Shown: positions 1 to 11,652 of the stretch, piece by piece
How the letters are laid out: each line of letters starts with the position of its first letter
Numbering within the stretch: the stretch's first letter is position 1
DNA from: Mytilus edulis
Lineage: Eukaryota
Reading direction: 5' to 3'
Assembly (NCBI RefSeq): GCF_963676685.1
Contig: NC_092352.1
Span: 76,322,001-76,386,000 of the forward strand
Length of the DNA stretch: 64,000 nucleotides
Position numbers and translations under genes: made by a program
The notes under the pieces: generated by a model
Database searches by the model: none
Told to the model about the DNA's origin: nothing
Seen by the model: only the letters and a program-made list of their open reading frames with translations

Positions 1-1687
1 GATTAGTTTTAGAAACAACATTTGAAACTGTTGAACATTAAATATACTGATTTAAACACGAACACAAAGTGATGAATAAAACTGATAAACATTATACTCA
101 CATTATTGACATTTATCTTATTTGTTAACAAGTATTGTACCAAAAACATGTGAAACCAATAAAGGAAACAATTTTAAGTTTCTATTTCCGTATTAAATCA
201 ACATCTTCTTTAGCGACACTACGACATAGATTAGTTAACGTCAGATATTATTAGGTCACTTATAGGTGTCAGTAGACTGATATAAGTTTCACTTAACTGA
301 AGTATTGCACTTATAAGCAAAAAGTACTATTTATTATAAGGCAGACATTAGTACTGACTTCAATGTGAACGATTGCACATGTTAATCATTTTTCAATTAA
401 TTGAAGATTAAAGTGAACAACAGGAGATATTTTATGAAGACACATTTTCCAATGTGTCTCACTGTCAACTACACAACAGGTCCTTTTTTTTTTAAATAGA
501 CATATAAAAACGTACTAGCAGAAGTACGAAATCCGATATATTTAAAAGAAGAGTCCATAAAATCTTTCAACTCGAAAAATTAAAATGCTCAAGATGGCTG
601 GATCTATGTTTTTGTCCATTGATGTTGTAAAAGTAAATAAAATGGCAGATTAGTAAATCTGTGTCCAATATAATTCTTTTTATGAAACAATCAATGTAAA
701 ACTGTGTTTCATGACGGCTAGTTTATTGCTTTTCCCTTTTGTATTGTTTCATATTTTATAACAATTTATCAATCAATGAGTGAGACAAACTATACAAATG
801 GAAATGAAATTTCTATTTTCTTTTTGCGATCAGTTAATTTTAAGATTAAAAGAAAAGAACTGCATTTTATTGATCTCGAATAAATCTTCTTCAATTTTGT
901 TACACTGATAATAGAACAAAGTTTTTTTTTGAACGAATATTATGTACTAGGAACCTTACCGAGATCGCAACGACTTTCGACAGTGTCTAATCATAATGGT
1001 CTGCATAATAAATGTGTCAAAGATTATAGTTTTCCTTAATACGTGCAAGCGCACACATTGCGATAAGAAATTACCTGTCCTAAATTCTAAATGATGGAAA
1101 ATATGGCTATGGTAGTCGCAATACAACTCATTTTATATTTCGGAACTTGTTTAATGGAAGGTTTGGAGAGACAAATGAAATCCACGGATCAAAACGGTTA
1201 CTTCTAAATGATCCAGATGCCATCAACAACAGATTAAATAATTTGGAAAAGTCCCTACAACAACAACAAGCAACAATTTTACACCAACAAGCAACAATTC
1301 AACAGCTTGAACAAAATAACCCCTTAACGTGAGTAAAGTGTAAATGCTAGTAAAACCATATACTTACCTCTAACCATATTAAAATTTTCTGAATATGAAC
1401 TACACCCTATAATCAACTATCCTTTTACGCTATTACTGGCTATCCATATACCTAATGTTTGACTATCCCTTTACACTCTTACCGGGTATATGTTACCTTA
1501 TTACCGGCAATTGTTTTTCGCTTTTGTTTCTTTCATAGACACGGGCCCAAAATGAGATTGTTTTGTTTGTCTTATTGATCATTAGTTCTTTTAAAATGAA
1601 TACCGAAAACAATTGGCCATAAGTAATGCAAAACTTGATCCTTTGCTTGTTTAGAACAAATATGAAATATTTGCCACTGGACATTAA

Positions 1688-4040
1688 GGAAGCTGGCTTG
1701 TCATGTTTTGGAATTGTGGTAAGATTTTCGGAATCCTCTGGTTTTGTCCATTTGAATGCATTAACAAATTTTGTCCGGTGACCCCCATTTTTCTATTTAT
1801 AATTCTTTTACATGTATAATCACGGCTGGTAATCTACACACGCAGAACATTTGGTTCTGCAATGAAAACCGTGAGAGGATTTTCCGGTTGTGCTTGGGTG
1901 GAGTAATTGTCACCGCTTCAAAAGGTATGTACATTTCTAAATCTCAATTTTCTTATTCAACTGATCAAAATATTAAAAATCAGAGAATGCTATGCTGTGG
2001 TGAATACTTTAACGAAGAAATACATGTATCATTTACTGTTGTACGTAGAGTTGAACTCTTACAAAATCAGTTGCCCCACGAGAAATCGCCTAAAAAAGTG
2101 ACATTTTAATTTTAAAATGGTTCTATTTACAGACCTACAAGTTCAAATTTAGTTTTTTTTAGGGCAATGGGTATGAATGTTGTTTTGGCGGCGTGTACCC
2201 TGTCCGGTGTTGATAGACGTCTTAATAATTCCAAAAACTACATTTTTTCATTAAGTCATGCGTGAGGGGATCGGTTCTGATTGAGGACATCGTGAATGCG
2301 TGAGGGGAAGTACAGAAATTTTTTTTAATCTTTGGCTTTGTGACTTTTGTTGACTCAATAAATGTGATCAATGCTGATTAAAAATCATCACAGATTTGTC
2401 CTTATACTTTAACAGATGTAAACTGATCACTGATTCAATGAAATCAAACTATTTAAAATTGTTTGCTCAAATTCAGAAAATGTCATTATTCAAAGGTAAA
2501 AGGAAAAGAGGACTAAAATTGACTCTCTACAAAAGCCATGGAGATAAAAGTTGTCCCAGCCCTCGAAGCGAACTAAACCCTGTGGGAGTAGTCCTGTCGT
2601 CAAATATACGTCACAGAGATCACCACATATATTAAAGAAAAGTATATCGCCGATCAAAACTTCAACACTTATATATATTAGACGTAATCTGTTCACCCAA
2701 AATCACGAAATTTCCGAAACAAAAAGGGCAGATATACAGAATTTATTATTCACGAACATCGATGTAAGCCAAGATAATCTCGAGGAAGACCATAAGGAAG
2801 AGCATGTATGAGACAACGAAGAAGACATAGAAGAAGTCACAGAAGAAGACCACGTAGTAGACCACGAGAAAGACCACATGGAAGACATTGAGGAAGAACA
2901 TAAAGTTTTTCAAAGTGCTTTAGATAAAATCTCAGACGAAGGGAAAAGGGAAAGATTTTTTTTTTTTTTTTTTCATTAGTGGACGTTTTCCTTTAAAACA
3001 ACATTGCATTCTACCTGTTTTTGGACATTGTTGAGTGGTTTGAAAAGGACGAATCAAGACGAATGAGATACTCCCCAACATCTCTGCAGTATTTTTGGTT
3101 ATCGTTGACAACATTTTTTGTTTTTATTCTTCGTGAAACATATTATTAAACCCTAGGTTCCAACAATTTATTTCAATATCAATCTCAGTGATTTTTTTAG
3201 CACACATTATGTGTTTTTTCATGAACAATGTAGCCTTATTTAGGTAAGTTTCAACGACTCATAGCTTGAATATAAAGATATTATTTGTACTTCCCCTCAC
3301 GCATTCACGATGTCCTCAATCAGAACCGATCCCCTCACGCATGACTTAATGAAAAAATGTAGTTTTTGGAATTATTAAGACGTCTATCAACACCGGACAG
3401 CGTACACGCCGCAAAAAACAACATTCATACCCATTGCCCTAAAAAAAACTAAATTTGAACTTGTAGGTCTGTAAATAGAACCATTTTAAAATCAAAATGT
3501 CACTTTTTTAGGCGATTTCTCGTGTGGCAACAGATTTTGTAAGAGTTCAACTCTACGTACAACAGTAAATGATACATGTATTTCTTCGTTAAAGTATTCA
3601 CCACAGCATAGCATTCTCTGATTTTTAATATTTTGATCAGTTGAATAAGAAAATTGAGATTTAGAAATGTACATACCTTTTGAAGCGGTGACAATTACTC
3701 CACTCAAGCACAACCGGAAAATCCTCTCACGGTTTTCATTGCAGAACCAAATGTTCTGCGTGTGTAGATTACCAGCCGTGATAATGATAAGCTGTCTGTT
3801 AAAAACTTTTAAAATTTTAATTACTTTTTAATAGTTTTTGAGGACTTTAACTTGTCAATAATAAAGCTATGAAAGTCAAGAGAGACCATTTTCCCGCCAA
3901 AATTTCAATGGCTAATATATCGAAAACGAGCATGGTGACCTATATATTTTTTTGCTCTTTGGATTCCTTTATTAGTCTCCTATCAATATAAACTAGTGTT
4001 TTGAAAATTTAATTACTTTGAAACTGAGAAGCGAACTCCC
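1688..4040. mobile_element. Non-autonomous DNA element with TTAA flanks (Kolobok/piggyBac-like), interrupted by the CAC element
   Basis: TTAA at 1684-1687 and 4041-4044; imperfect terminal inverted repeats GGAAGCTGGCTTGTCA / TGAGAAGCGAACTCCC. Confidence 0.5.
1821..3780. mobile_element. Non-autonomous DNA transposon with ~495-bp TIRs, CAC...GTG ends and 5-bp TSD (ATAAT)
   Basis: 1821-2314 is the near-perfect reverse complement of 3286-3780, which explains the mirror ORFs in the track. ATAAT lies at 1816-1820 and 3781-3785. The ~970-bp interior has decayed coding-like sequence: an acidic tract and GRFPL..NIAFYLFLDIVEWF..MRYS. Confidence 0.9.
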
Positions 4041-4370
4041 TTAAGTAACAAACATTATTGAATGTTGTACGGTGATCTATAGTTATTAATTTCTGTGTCA
4101 TTTTGGTCTCTTATGGTGAGTTGTCTCATTGGCAATCATACCACATGTTCTTTTTTTTTATATAATCATTCAGTTCCTTTGAAATATGGGTTTCTTGTTG
4201 AAATATCAAGACTCCAACCACTAAAACCACAACAAATATAATTACTTTGAATTTTTGAAATACTTTTCTACCTCAGGAATAGATCACCTTAACTGTATTT
4301 GGCAAAACGTTTAGGATTTTTGATCCTTCAACTTCATACTTTATTTGACCTTTAACTTTTTTTAATTCGA

Positions 4371-4414
4371 GCGTCACTGATGAGTCTTTTATGGACGAAA
4401 CGTGCGTCTGGCGT
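4371..4414 (+). ncRNA. Minimal type I hammerhead ribozyme in a retrozyme/Penelope-type repeat (intron 1 of copy 1)
   Basis: GCGTCA-CTGATGA-GTC ttttatg GAC-GAAA-CGTGCG-TC-TGGCGT: intact core, stem I, stem II and near-palindromic stem III. Confidence 0.8.
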
Positions 4415-4485
4415 AAATGCAAAATGACATCCTAGTATCTATGATGAGTTTATCTCTATCAGGATTTTGTTTAAGATCTTAGTAT

Positions 4486-5213
4486 TCTATACGAAGAAGG
4501 AAAGATAACATTTTAAAAAGACAGAGGGCAAATTTATGAAAAACTGATTCTTCCCTTTTCGTGAAGAATTGCTTGGACTTTTGCATGTGAAAACAATATT
4601 GTTTGAGAAGTTATCTGCAAGGAAATCAGCATATGTGTTGTTATAAAAGGATAAAACTTTTTTCAACAACAGGCTTCTATCAAGCATTACACATACTCCT
4701 GTAGACACAGTGCATAGCAGTTTTTGAATGCGCTTAATCTTAGATGCATGCGTAAACAATTTTGATGCAGTCAGATATGAAGTGTATATAAGGAATGCAT
4801 CAAACACATTTCATGGCAGTATCCTTATCAGCATCATTGACAAAAGTGTGTTCTTTTTCCATTAATATTCCTTACAAAACGAGAAGCACCGTGTACAGAA
4901 TTGAGCGTGACAAGAAGCACAACAAACTACTATACAGTCGTTTTTTTTGGATTTTTGTTCAAGTGCAATACTTCCGCTGAATACACTAACATGCTTTCTA
5001 AATGCGCACGGATAAGATGTTTTGACAATGAAATTATTATTTGTTTGTTTAATTCAATTTTGAACTTGCAAAATGCAACATTCACCAACAAGACTATCTT
5101 ACAAAAGAACTTTGAAATCCCAGCAATTCTTCACGAAAAGGGAATAATAATTTTTTCATAAATTTGCCCTCTGTCTTTTTAAAGACTAGATGTTTTTTTT
5201 TTCTTTTATTTAG
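4486..5213. mobile_element. MITE-like element with ~100-bp imperfect inverted ends
   Basis: TTTAAAAAGACAGAGGGCAAATTTATGAAAA...CCCTTTTCGTGAAGAATTGCT near 4510-4575 is inverted near 5120-5185. Outer boundaries are approximate and no clear TSD was seen. Confidence 0.65.
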
Positions 5214-7868
5214 ACCAATTGTGAGGTTTTTGGGGCTAAATTGAGAATTTCTTATTCTATCTTTTTGAACCTACTAGTTTGATAAATAAATGAGCCTACA
5301 CTTATTTTCAGGACATGGATCGACATTTGTTCGTTGGGGAAGAAGTCAGTGCCCATTACAAACAGAGCTTGTTTATTCAGGTATGCAACTTGATAGCGCT
5401 GTTTTGAACTATATTACGATGAAAACAAGAAATGTATCAAATCAAAAGAAAAATGATAATAACTATGAAAATATTTCAAGGAAGACGATGTCGAATAATA
5501 TAAATTATGAGATACTTCTTTCATCAACCTACTTTCAAAAGTGTAGAAATTATAAGGAATGATTTTTATGTTATCCCGATTCCCGCATTTATGAAACAAA
5601 AACATGTTTACTGTATTTTCTTGAATATTTTCTCTTTTGCTGTTTATTCAACGGTAAAAAATGATAATTTAATTATTTTTCTGTATCGTAACTTTGATTC
5701 CTGTATGTACCAGTAATGAAATTATATGTTTTCCTTTATCCCATTAAGGTTATGCTGCTGGTCAGAATACTACTACGCCGCATACCAACTAGGCGGACCT
5801 TCAAATATGCTATGTCTACCGAAAGATCCAGAACTAAGCAATCGTACTGGATCATCAAACGGTCTTTTATATGGTACAGAATTCGAAGAAAATCATTTTG
5901 CACCAGGTTCCGCAGACGAAGATGTTCCTTGTGCCCTCTGTCGGAGTAACAATACCTCTTCGTCTGTAATGATTCATGGTAGAAAATCATGCAACTCCGG
6001 ATGGAAAAGAGAGTACTTTGGTATTTTAGCTTCTAATTGTTTTCATTGCAAAGCTTCGTCGTATATTTGTGTGGATATGAACCCTGAGTATATTGCAGGC
6101 GGAGAAAGAAGTAATGATAATAATTTGTTGTATGCAACAAGTATGAAGTGTGGTTCCCTTCCATGTCCTCCGTACCACAATGATTTGGAAGTATACTGTG
6201 TTGTTTGTTCAAAGTGAAGTTAGTTTGCTCACTTTTAATAAAGGTGACTTTATCTTAATAGCATCATTCGTATATGATTTTTGTTGTATATATTTTGAAA
6301 AATATATATGGCCAGGAGACGAGGAATAACGCCAATGAGTGTCTTTGTCGAATGTCAAATTGGATAAATTAAGTTCAGAACAGTCACACTGACGCATTAG
6401 CTACATAAGCAGTCGTTATTGCAAATGAAAATACGTTTTAGACCAGTAGATATTTCATTGTACGATTCATTCTAAAAATTACTGTTAAGCTCTCTGTATT
6501 TCAGCTGATCATATTACACGGCACGACTATAAATTCAATGTATATTAAATCAATAGAAAACTGAGGTTATGATTTTTTTCTAAATACTTGTTGTATGGTT
6601 ACTGTCTCATTGCATCCTTTTTTCTTTGTTTAAACATACAAGTAAATTCATAACTGTTTTTATCACTACTTGAAGACAGAACCAGTTTAATTTACAACTA
6701 CTATGCAGGACAATTTAGTACATTATCTTAAAATCAAGAATATGATGGTCTTCAAACAATCTGTACTCGATTTCTTTTAACAACTGCTTGAACCCTTTTC
6801 GCTGTTGTGCCAGTTAAATGACAACCAGACTGGCTATGCAGTGCGGACTTTGCTCGTAATTGAAGGCCGTACAGTGAAATGTAAGTGATAATTTCTAAGT
6901 CATTTTTGTCTTCTGTTGAGAGTTGTCTCGTTGGCAATCATGCCACATCATTTTAGATTATTCCTTGAGCATGATTTTTTTCTTTGTTGTTAGCCAGGAT
7001 AGTCTGTACATCTATTTTTGTATATGTGTTGCGTTTGTTGGTGATTGTAGCTTTCAATGGGAGGTGAAGGGTTTCTGTGTTTTACGGCTTGTGTGTTATT
7101 TGTGTTACCTGTAAAAAAAAAAAAAACATGAACAAAAATGATACATATAAATCAATCTTTAAAATGCTGATCAGGATAAGTTACATGGCACCTTTTCAAT
7201 TTGAACTTCGAATTTACTCATAAAAGAGTTCAATTTGTTTTTGTAATAATTGCAGCTTTCTGTTTTTATGGAAGGGTTATTGAGCTGAATGGTGTTTTTG
7301 TGTCATTTTGTGTAAGTGGATGGTCGGCTATGTGATTCAAATTCTCCTATTTTCCAAATACATGTTTTCCCCCTATTCAAAATAACCTACGACTATTGTT
7401 TATATGCAAGAAAACAATCAAGCCATCTAATTAATGAAAAAAAGATGATAAAAAGAAACTGTAATTGTTTAAGCTAAAATGATATTATATACTAATCAAC
7501 AAAAGAAACGATACAAGGCAATGTATTTTCCATATATAATAAAATTGGATACACTATACCGAGGTAAATAATTGCCCTATTGGTCTAATTTTACAGAGTA
7601 TTTTCTCTTCAAAGCCATTGATTTCAGGCAAAAATTGGAACAATTTTCTAGAAATTCCAATATCGATGTAAGAACTTTAAACTTTTAAACTTGAACAGGG
7701 TCTGATAAAATTTTTGAATGCCCTTTGTAGATATTTGAACACTTAATTCTCATTATCGAAATTAAGTACCGACTTTTGTCATCATTTTTCGCAAAATAAA
7801 TTTGACTGCTGTGTCTAATAGCTCGGTATTTCGTTACTTTCCATTTTAATCAAATTCTTTCACAGTGG

Positions 7869-8033
7869 ATTGCATTGAGTGTGTAGGTACAGGTAATATC
7901 TTCGGTTAGCTTGATTGCTAGCTGAACGGTGAAGTCAACTTTAGTTTAGGTAAACTACCCTCAAGCAAGCTAACCAAATATATTACTTTTACCTCGAGCT
8001 CACCTTTACCTTTACCTACACACTCAATGTAAT
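7869..8033. mobile_element. Short palindromic MITE-like hairpin
   Basis: ATTGCATTGAGTGTGTAGGTA...TACCTACACACTCAATGTAAT ends, plus inner GGTTAGCTTG / CAAGCTAACC arms. Confidence 0.6.
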
Positions 8034-8414
8034 CGGTTGTCACCAAATGTATTTGCTTTGTAAATTAATGTTTTTCATAGGATAATTTTACATTTTCCTT
8101 TTTATTATACATATATGATAAAATTTAGTTCAAACTTGCCAGTGGGTCGATGTCACTGCTGGTGGAGATTTATTTCCCCGAGGGTTTCACCAGCCCAGTA
8201 GCCAGCACTTCTGTGTTGACTTGAGTTATCATTGATATGTTCATAATTATAAATTAACTGTTAACAACACTTTAATTTTTTTGAAAAACTAAGCGTTTTC
8301 TACCTCAGGAATAGATTACTGTAGCTGTCTTTGGCAACACTTTTAGGAAATTTCGGTTCTCAGTGCTCTTCAACATCGTGCTTCATTTGGCCTTTAAAAC
8401 ATTTTTTGAATCGA

Positions 8415-8458
8415 GCGTTACTGATGAGTCTTTTGTAGACGAAACGCGCGTCTGGCGT
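8415..8458 (+). ncRNA. Minimal type I hammerhead ribozyme
   Basis: GCGTTA-CTGATGA-GTC ttttgta GAC-GAAA-CGCGCG-TC-TGGCGT; predicted GUC cleavage after 8452. Confidence 0.85.
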
Positions 8459-8627
8459 AAATATAAAATTTTAATCCTGGTATATATGATGAGTTTATTT
8501 GCAACCACTTAGTTGATGCCACTGCTGGTGGAGATTTATTTCCCCTTATCACCAGCCCAGTAGTCAGCACTTCTGTGTTGACTTGAGTTATCATTGATCT
8601 GTTCATATTTATAAATAAACTGTTTAA

Positions 8628-9569
8628 TGCGGGGTTCACACATTGCCGATTATTGCTCCCGTTTGAGATCAGACAGCGTTACGACACGAAAAGTGAAAAA
8701 GCCGGATTAGTACCCTCAATTATCTGGAATGTTCTATTATTGTCTGAACGCAGTCGTTTTAGTTCGTAACAGATTCCTTGTCGGAAAGGGTCAGAATAGT
8801 TCGACAAAGCACCCCGACAGTTAGTTGCGTCCCGTAACATTCGGGGCCGATTTTGTCTAGTCGGATTACAATCGTGCCTATGACGTGACAGATTCTGCTG
8901 TATCGGATCGAATTCCTAACAATGTTCTGTGTATTCGGGAAGGTGTCCTGTGGAACGGGAATGATCTGGAGAAATTTTTCATTGCTGTTTTTCTGCCGAT
9001 TGAGTCCAGATTGCATCCAGATCTTGTCGATTGCGAACAGTCCCGTTATTAATTCTAAACTCGTCAATGATACCCACGTCAGAGTCCCGACAATTACAGA
9101 ATACAATACGACTGAGACCAGACAAAGCCGTTTGCAATGCGATAGAGCGGACCGTGATAGGATTACGTTCCGACAGTACCAGATCATCCCGAGTATGCCA
9201 ACAGTTTTCAAACAGATAACTTCCGTCAGCGTCGGTTCACTGTCTTGTCACTATCTAATCTCTGTTGGAGTACATTCGGTAGAATCGGGACAGACTCGGT
9301 CGAATTTTACCTCCCGAAAAAGACGAATCGGATTAGAAGCGGATTTAGAACGGGATTATCGGGATAAATTCGCTTGGAAACGGTTGAATATCGACGCTTC
9401 CTGAACAATAACTGATTGTTGTCGTGATAATTTTTTTTTTACAAATTTTAATTAAAGTTTGAATTTCCATCTACGATTCATAGGATCTTAATCAGACTTT
9501 TAATAAATTTCAATCTGGAATGGTCTTGTCAAGGACGGCAGAATAAATCGTGAATGTGTGACACCAGCT
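8628..9569. mobile_element. PIF/Harbinger-like non-autonomous element, TAA TSD
   Basis: TAA at 8625-8627 and 9570-9572; imperfect TIRs TGCGGGGTTCACACATT / AATGTGTGACACCAGCT; GC-richer than the flanks; the host repeat rejoins across it. Confidence 0.75.
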
Positions 9570-9722
9570 TAACAAAACTTTAAATTTTGAAAAAAATTAA
9601 GCGTTTTGTACCTCAGGAATAGATTAACTTAGCTGTATTTGGCAACACTTTTATGAATGTTTGGTCCTCAGTGCTCTTCAACATTTTACTTTATTTGGCC
9701 TTTAAAACATTTTTTGATTCGA

Positions 9723-9766
9723 GCGTCACTGATGATTCTTTTGCAGACGAAACGCGCGTCTGGTGT
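9723..9766 (+). ncRNA. Hammerhead ribozyme copy with a stem II mismatch
   Basis: GCGTCA-CTGATGA-TTC...GAC-GAAA-CGCGCG-TC-TGGTGT; the first stem II G is changed to T. Confidence 0.6.
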
Positions 9767-11652
9767 AAATATAACATTTTAATCCTGGTATCTATGATGA
9801 GTTTATTTGTACCGTTTCTTTTGTTGACTAGTATATGTTACTTGTAACTGATCAAATTAAATTTATCGTTTTTTGTTTTTGTTAATTTTTTTGTTGATGT
9901 AGTTAAAAAGATAATGTTGTATTTGATATCTCTATTTGTGTGGTTCAATGCTACATGGAGATCATGCTTACCACTTACGGTTTTGGAATTTAGAAATGGT
10001 GCTACCCATCCTGCATTTATCTTTTTATGTGGATTATATGTCCCTTCAATTTAAAAGTATTAGCTTTAAGTAATCATGCGTGATGCCGTGTACCTATTAG
10101 ATGATTATAATTGTGTACGTAAATTTACTACCTACTTTTTGGAACTTTGGGCCCTTAGTACTCGTCAACTTTGTACATGGTTTGGCTTTCTAACTATTTA
10201 TTTTATCTCAGCGTCCTGGATGAGTCTTATATAAACAACACGCGCGTCTGGCGTATCAACATATAAACCTAGTACATTTTATAACTAATTAAAACTATGG
10301 AACAACTGTGCTTGTAAATAAATCCAATGTTTTATGTTTCATTGCAGATGACCATGGTCATTATTTAACATAGACTTTATGCTTTATGTCTATAGATAAT
10401 TCCGGATTCTTTTATTGATATAACATGTGGTATGGTTGTCAATAAGACAACTATCCACCAAAGTTGAAATAACGTGGATGTAAACACCTGTAGACAACCG
10501 TACAGCGAGATCATGAGAATAATCCGTAATATACACAGCTATTAAAAATGAAACAACACGTTATCAATTTAACACTTTTCCGTATTTACCTTCAACATGA
10601 ACACCCAAAGCCCCGACATGAAAATATGAAACAATTCAATAACGAAGCTAACGGCCTTATTTATAACAAATCTTAAACAATTTACGAATTACAAATATGA
10701 CAGATAAGTTTGTAAGCTGTTTAAAGAAAACCATATGCAAATTTGAAAATGGTGAAAACTTGAAAAATATACTGATTTAAACACTAAAACAAAGTGATGA
10801 ATAAAACTGATAACACTCACATTATTGGCATATATCTTCTTTGTTAACAATTAATTTATCACGAACATGTTAAAACCAACGAAGAGAACAACTTGTGGTT
10901 TTCTATTTCCGCATTAAATCTACTACTTTAGCGACAGAGTGACTTATAAAAGCTCATGTTAAAAATCATTATGGAGACATTATTATTTATTGACTTTCGT
11001 ATAGACGATGTCACCTGTTTAGATAATTAAAGAAGAGGCAATCAAACCTTTCAACTTGAAAAGATAGACTATGTCAAGCAACGGAAAGCATCAAAATACC
11101 CAAGATTGCTGAATTTGTGTTTTTGACCAATGATGTTGTTAAAGTAAATAAAATGGAAGATTGAAAAATATGTGCATAGAATATTTTTTATGATTCAATC
11201 AAAATAGAAAGGTATATCATGATGGCTTGTTTAATGTTATAATTTTTAATCTATTTACACTGGTTTAGTTTAAATCAGTTTATTGGTTTTCTCTTTTGAA
11301 TTATTTCACATTTCATAACAATTTATCAATCAATCAGTTAGAAAAACTATACAAAAGGAACTAAATTTATAATTCTTTATTTTTTTCTTTTTCTTTGCGA
11401 TTTATTTTTTTCCTATTTAAATAAAAGTACAGAATTTTATTGAAATCGATTAACTCTTCGTAACTTTTGTTTCACTGATAATAAAACCAAACATTATTTT
11501 GAACGACGAATAAGTACTTGAAACATGCAGCAAACCTTATCGAACTCTCAACGACTTTTAGAGGTCGGCATTATATTATATATGTGTCAAAGATTAAGTT
11601 ATTCCGTATATTGTGATAACGATTTACTTGTTCTAAACTAAAGATTGACAAT

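Larger units (their letters stand above)
1091..6217 (+). pseudogene. Cluster copy 1: short-chain collagen C4 (NC1-like) domain secreted protein, frameshifted; exons ~1091-1328, 5312-5380, 5749-6217
   Basis: Exon 1 is nearly identical to copy 2 exon 1 but has a 1-bp deletion near 1165 (TTGGAGAG vs TTGGGAGAG), giving an early TAA. Its donor is phase 2 instead of phase 1. Exon 2 reads GHGSTFVRWGRSQCPLQTELVYSG. Exon 3 has a 1-bp deletion near 5765 (CAGAA vs CAGGAA in copy 5) and ends CVVCSK*. Confidence 0.8.
8140..9808 (+). mobile_element. Head-to-tail dimer of a ~370-bp hammerhead-containing repeat (non-LTR retrozyme-like); second unit split by a DNA transposon
   Basis: CACTGCTGGTGGAGATTTATTTCCCC recurs near 8154 and 8520. 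Each unit contains CTACCTCAGGAATAGATTA and a hammerhead (8415, 9723). Confidence 0.75.

Noticed and set aside
2740-2940. Acidic tract as a RAG2-like acidic hinge
   Set aside because: It is low complexity only, contains a stop, and has no kelch or PHD motifs nearby.
1771-3713. Pairs of near-identical ORFs on opposite strands (1771/1907 and 3492/3500)
   Set aside because: These are by-products of the transposon's inverted repeats and show no protein-like features.
8759-9404. Overlapping 150-160 aa ORFs as a transposase
   Set aside because: No DDE or Myb-like motifs were recognised; long ORFs are expected in the GC-richer interior of a non-autonomous element.
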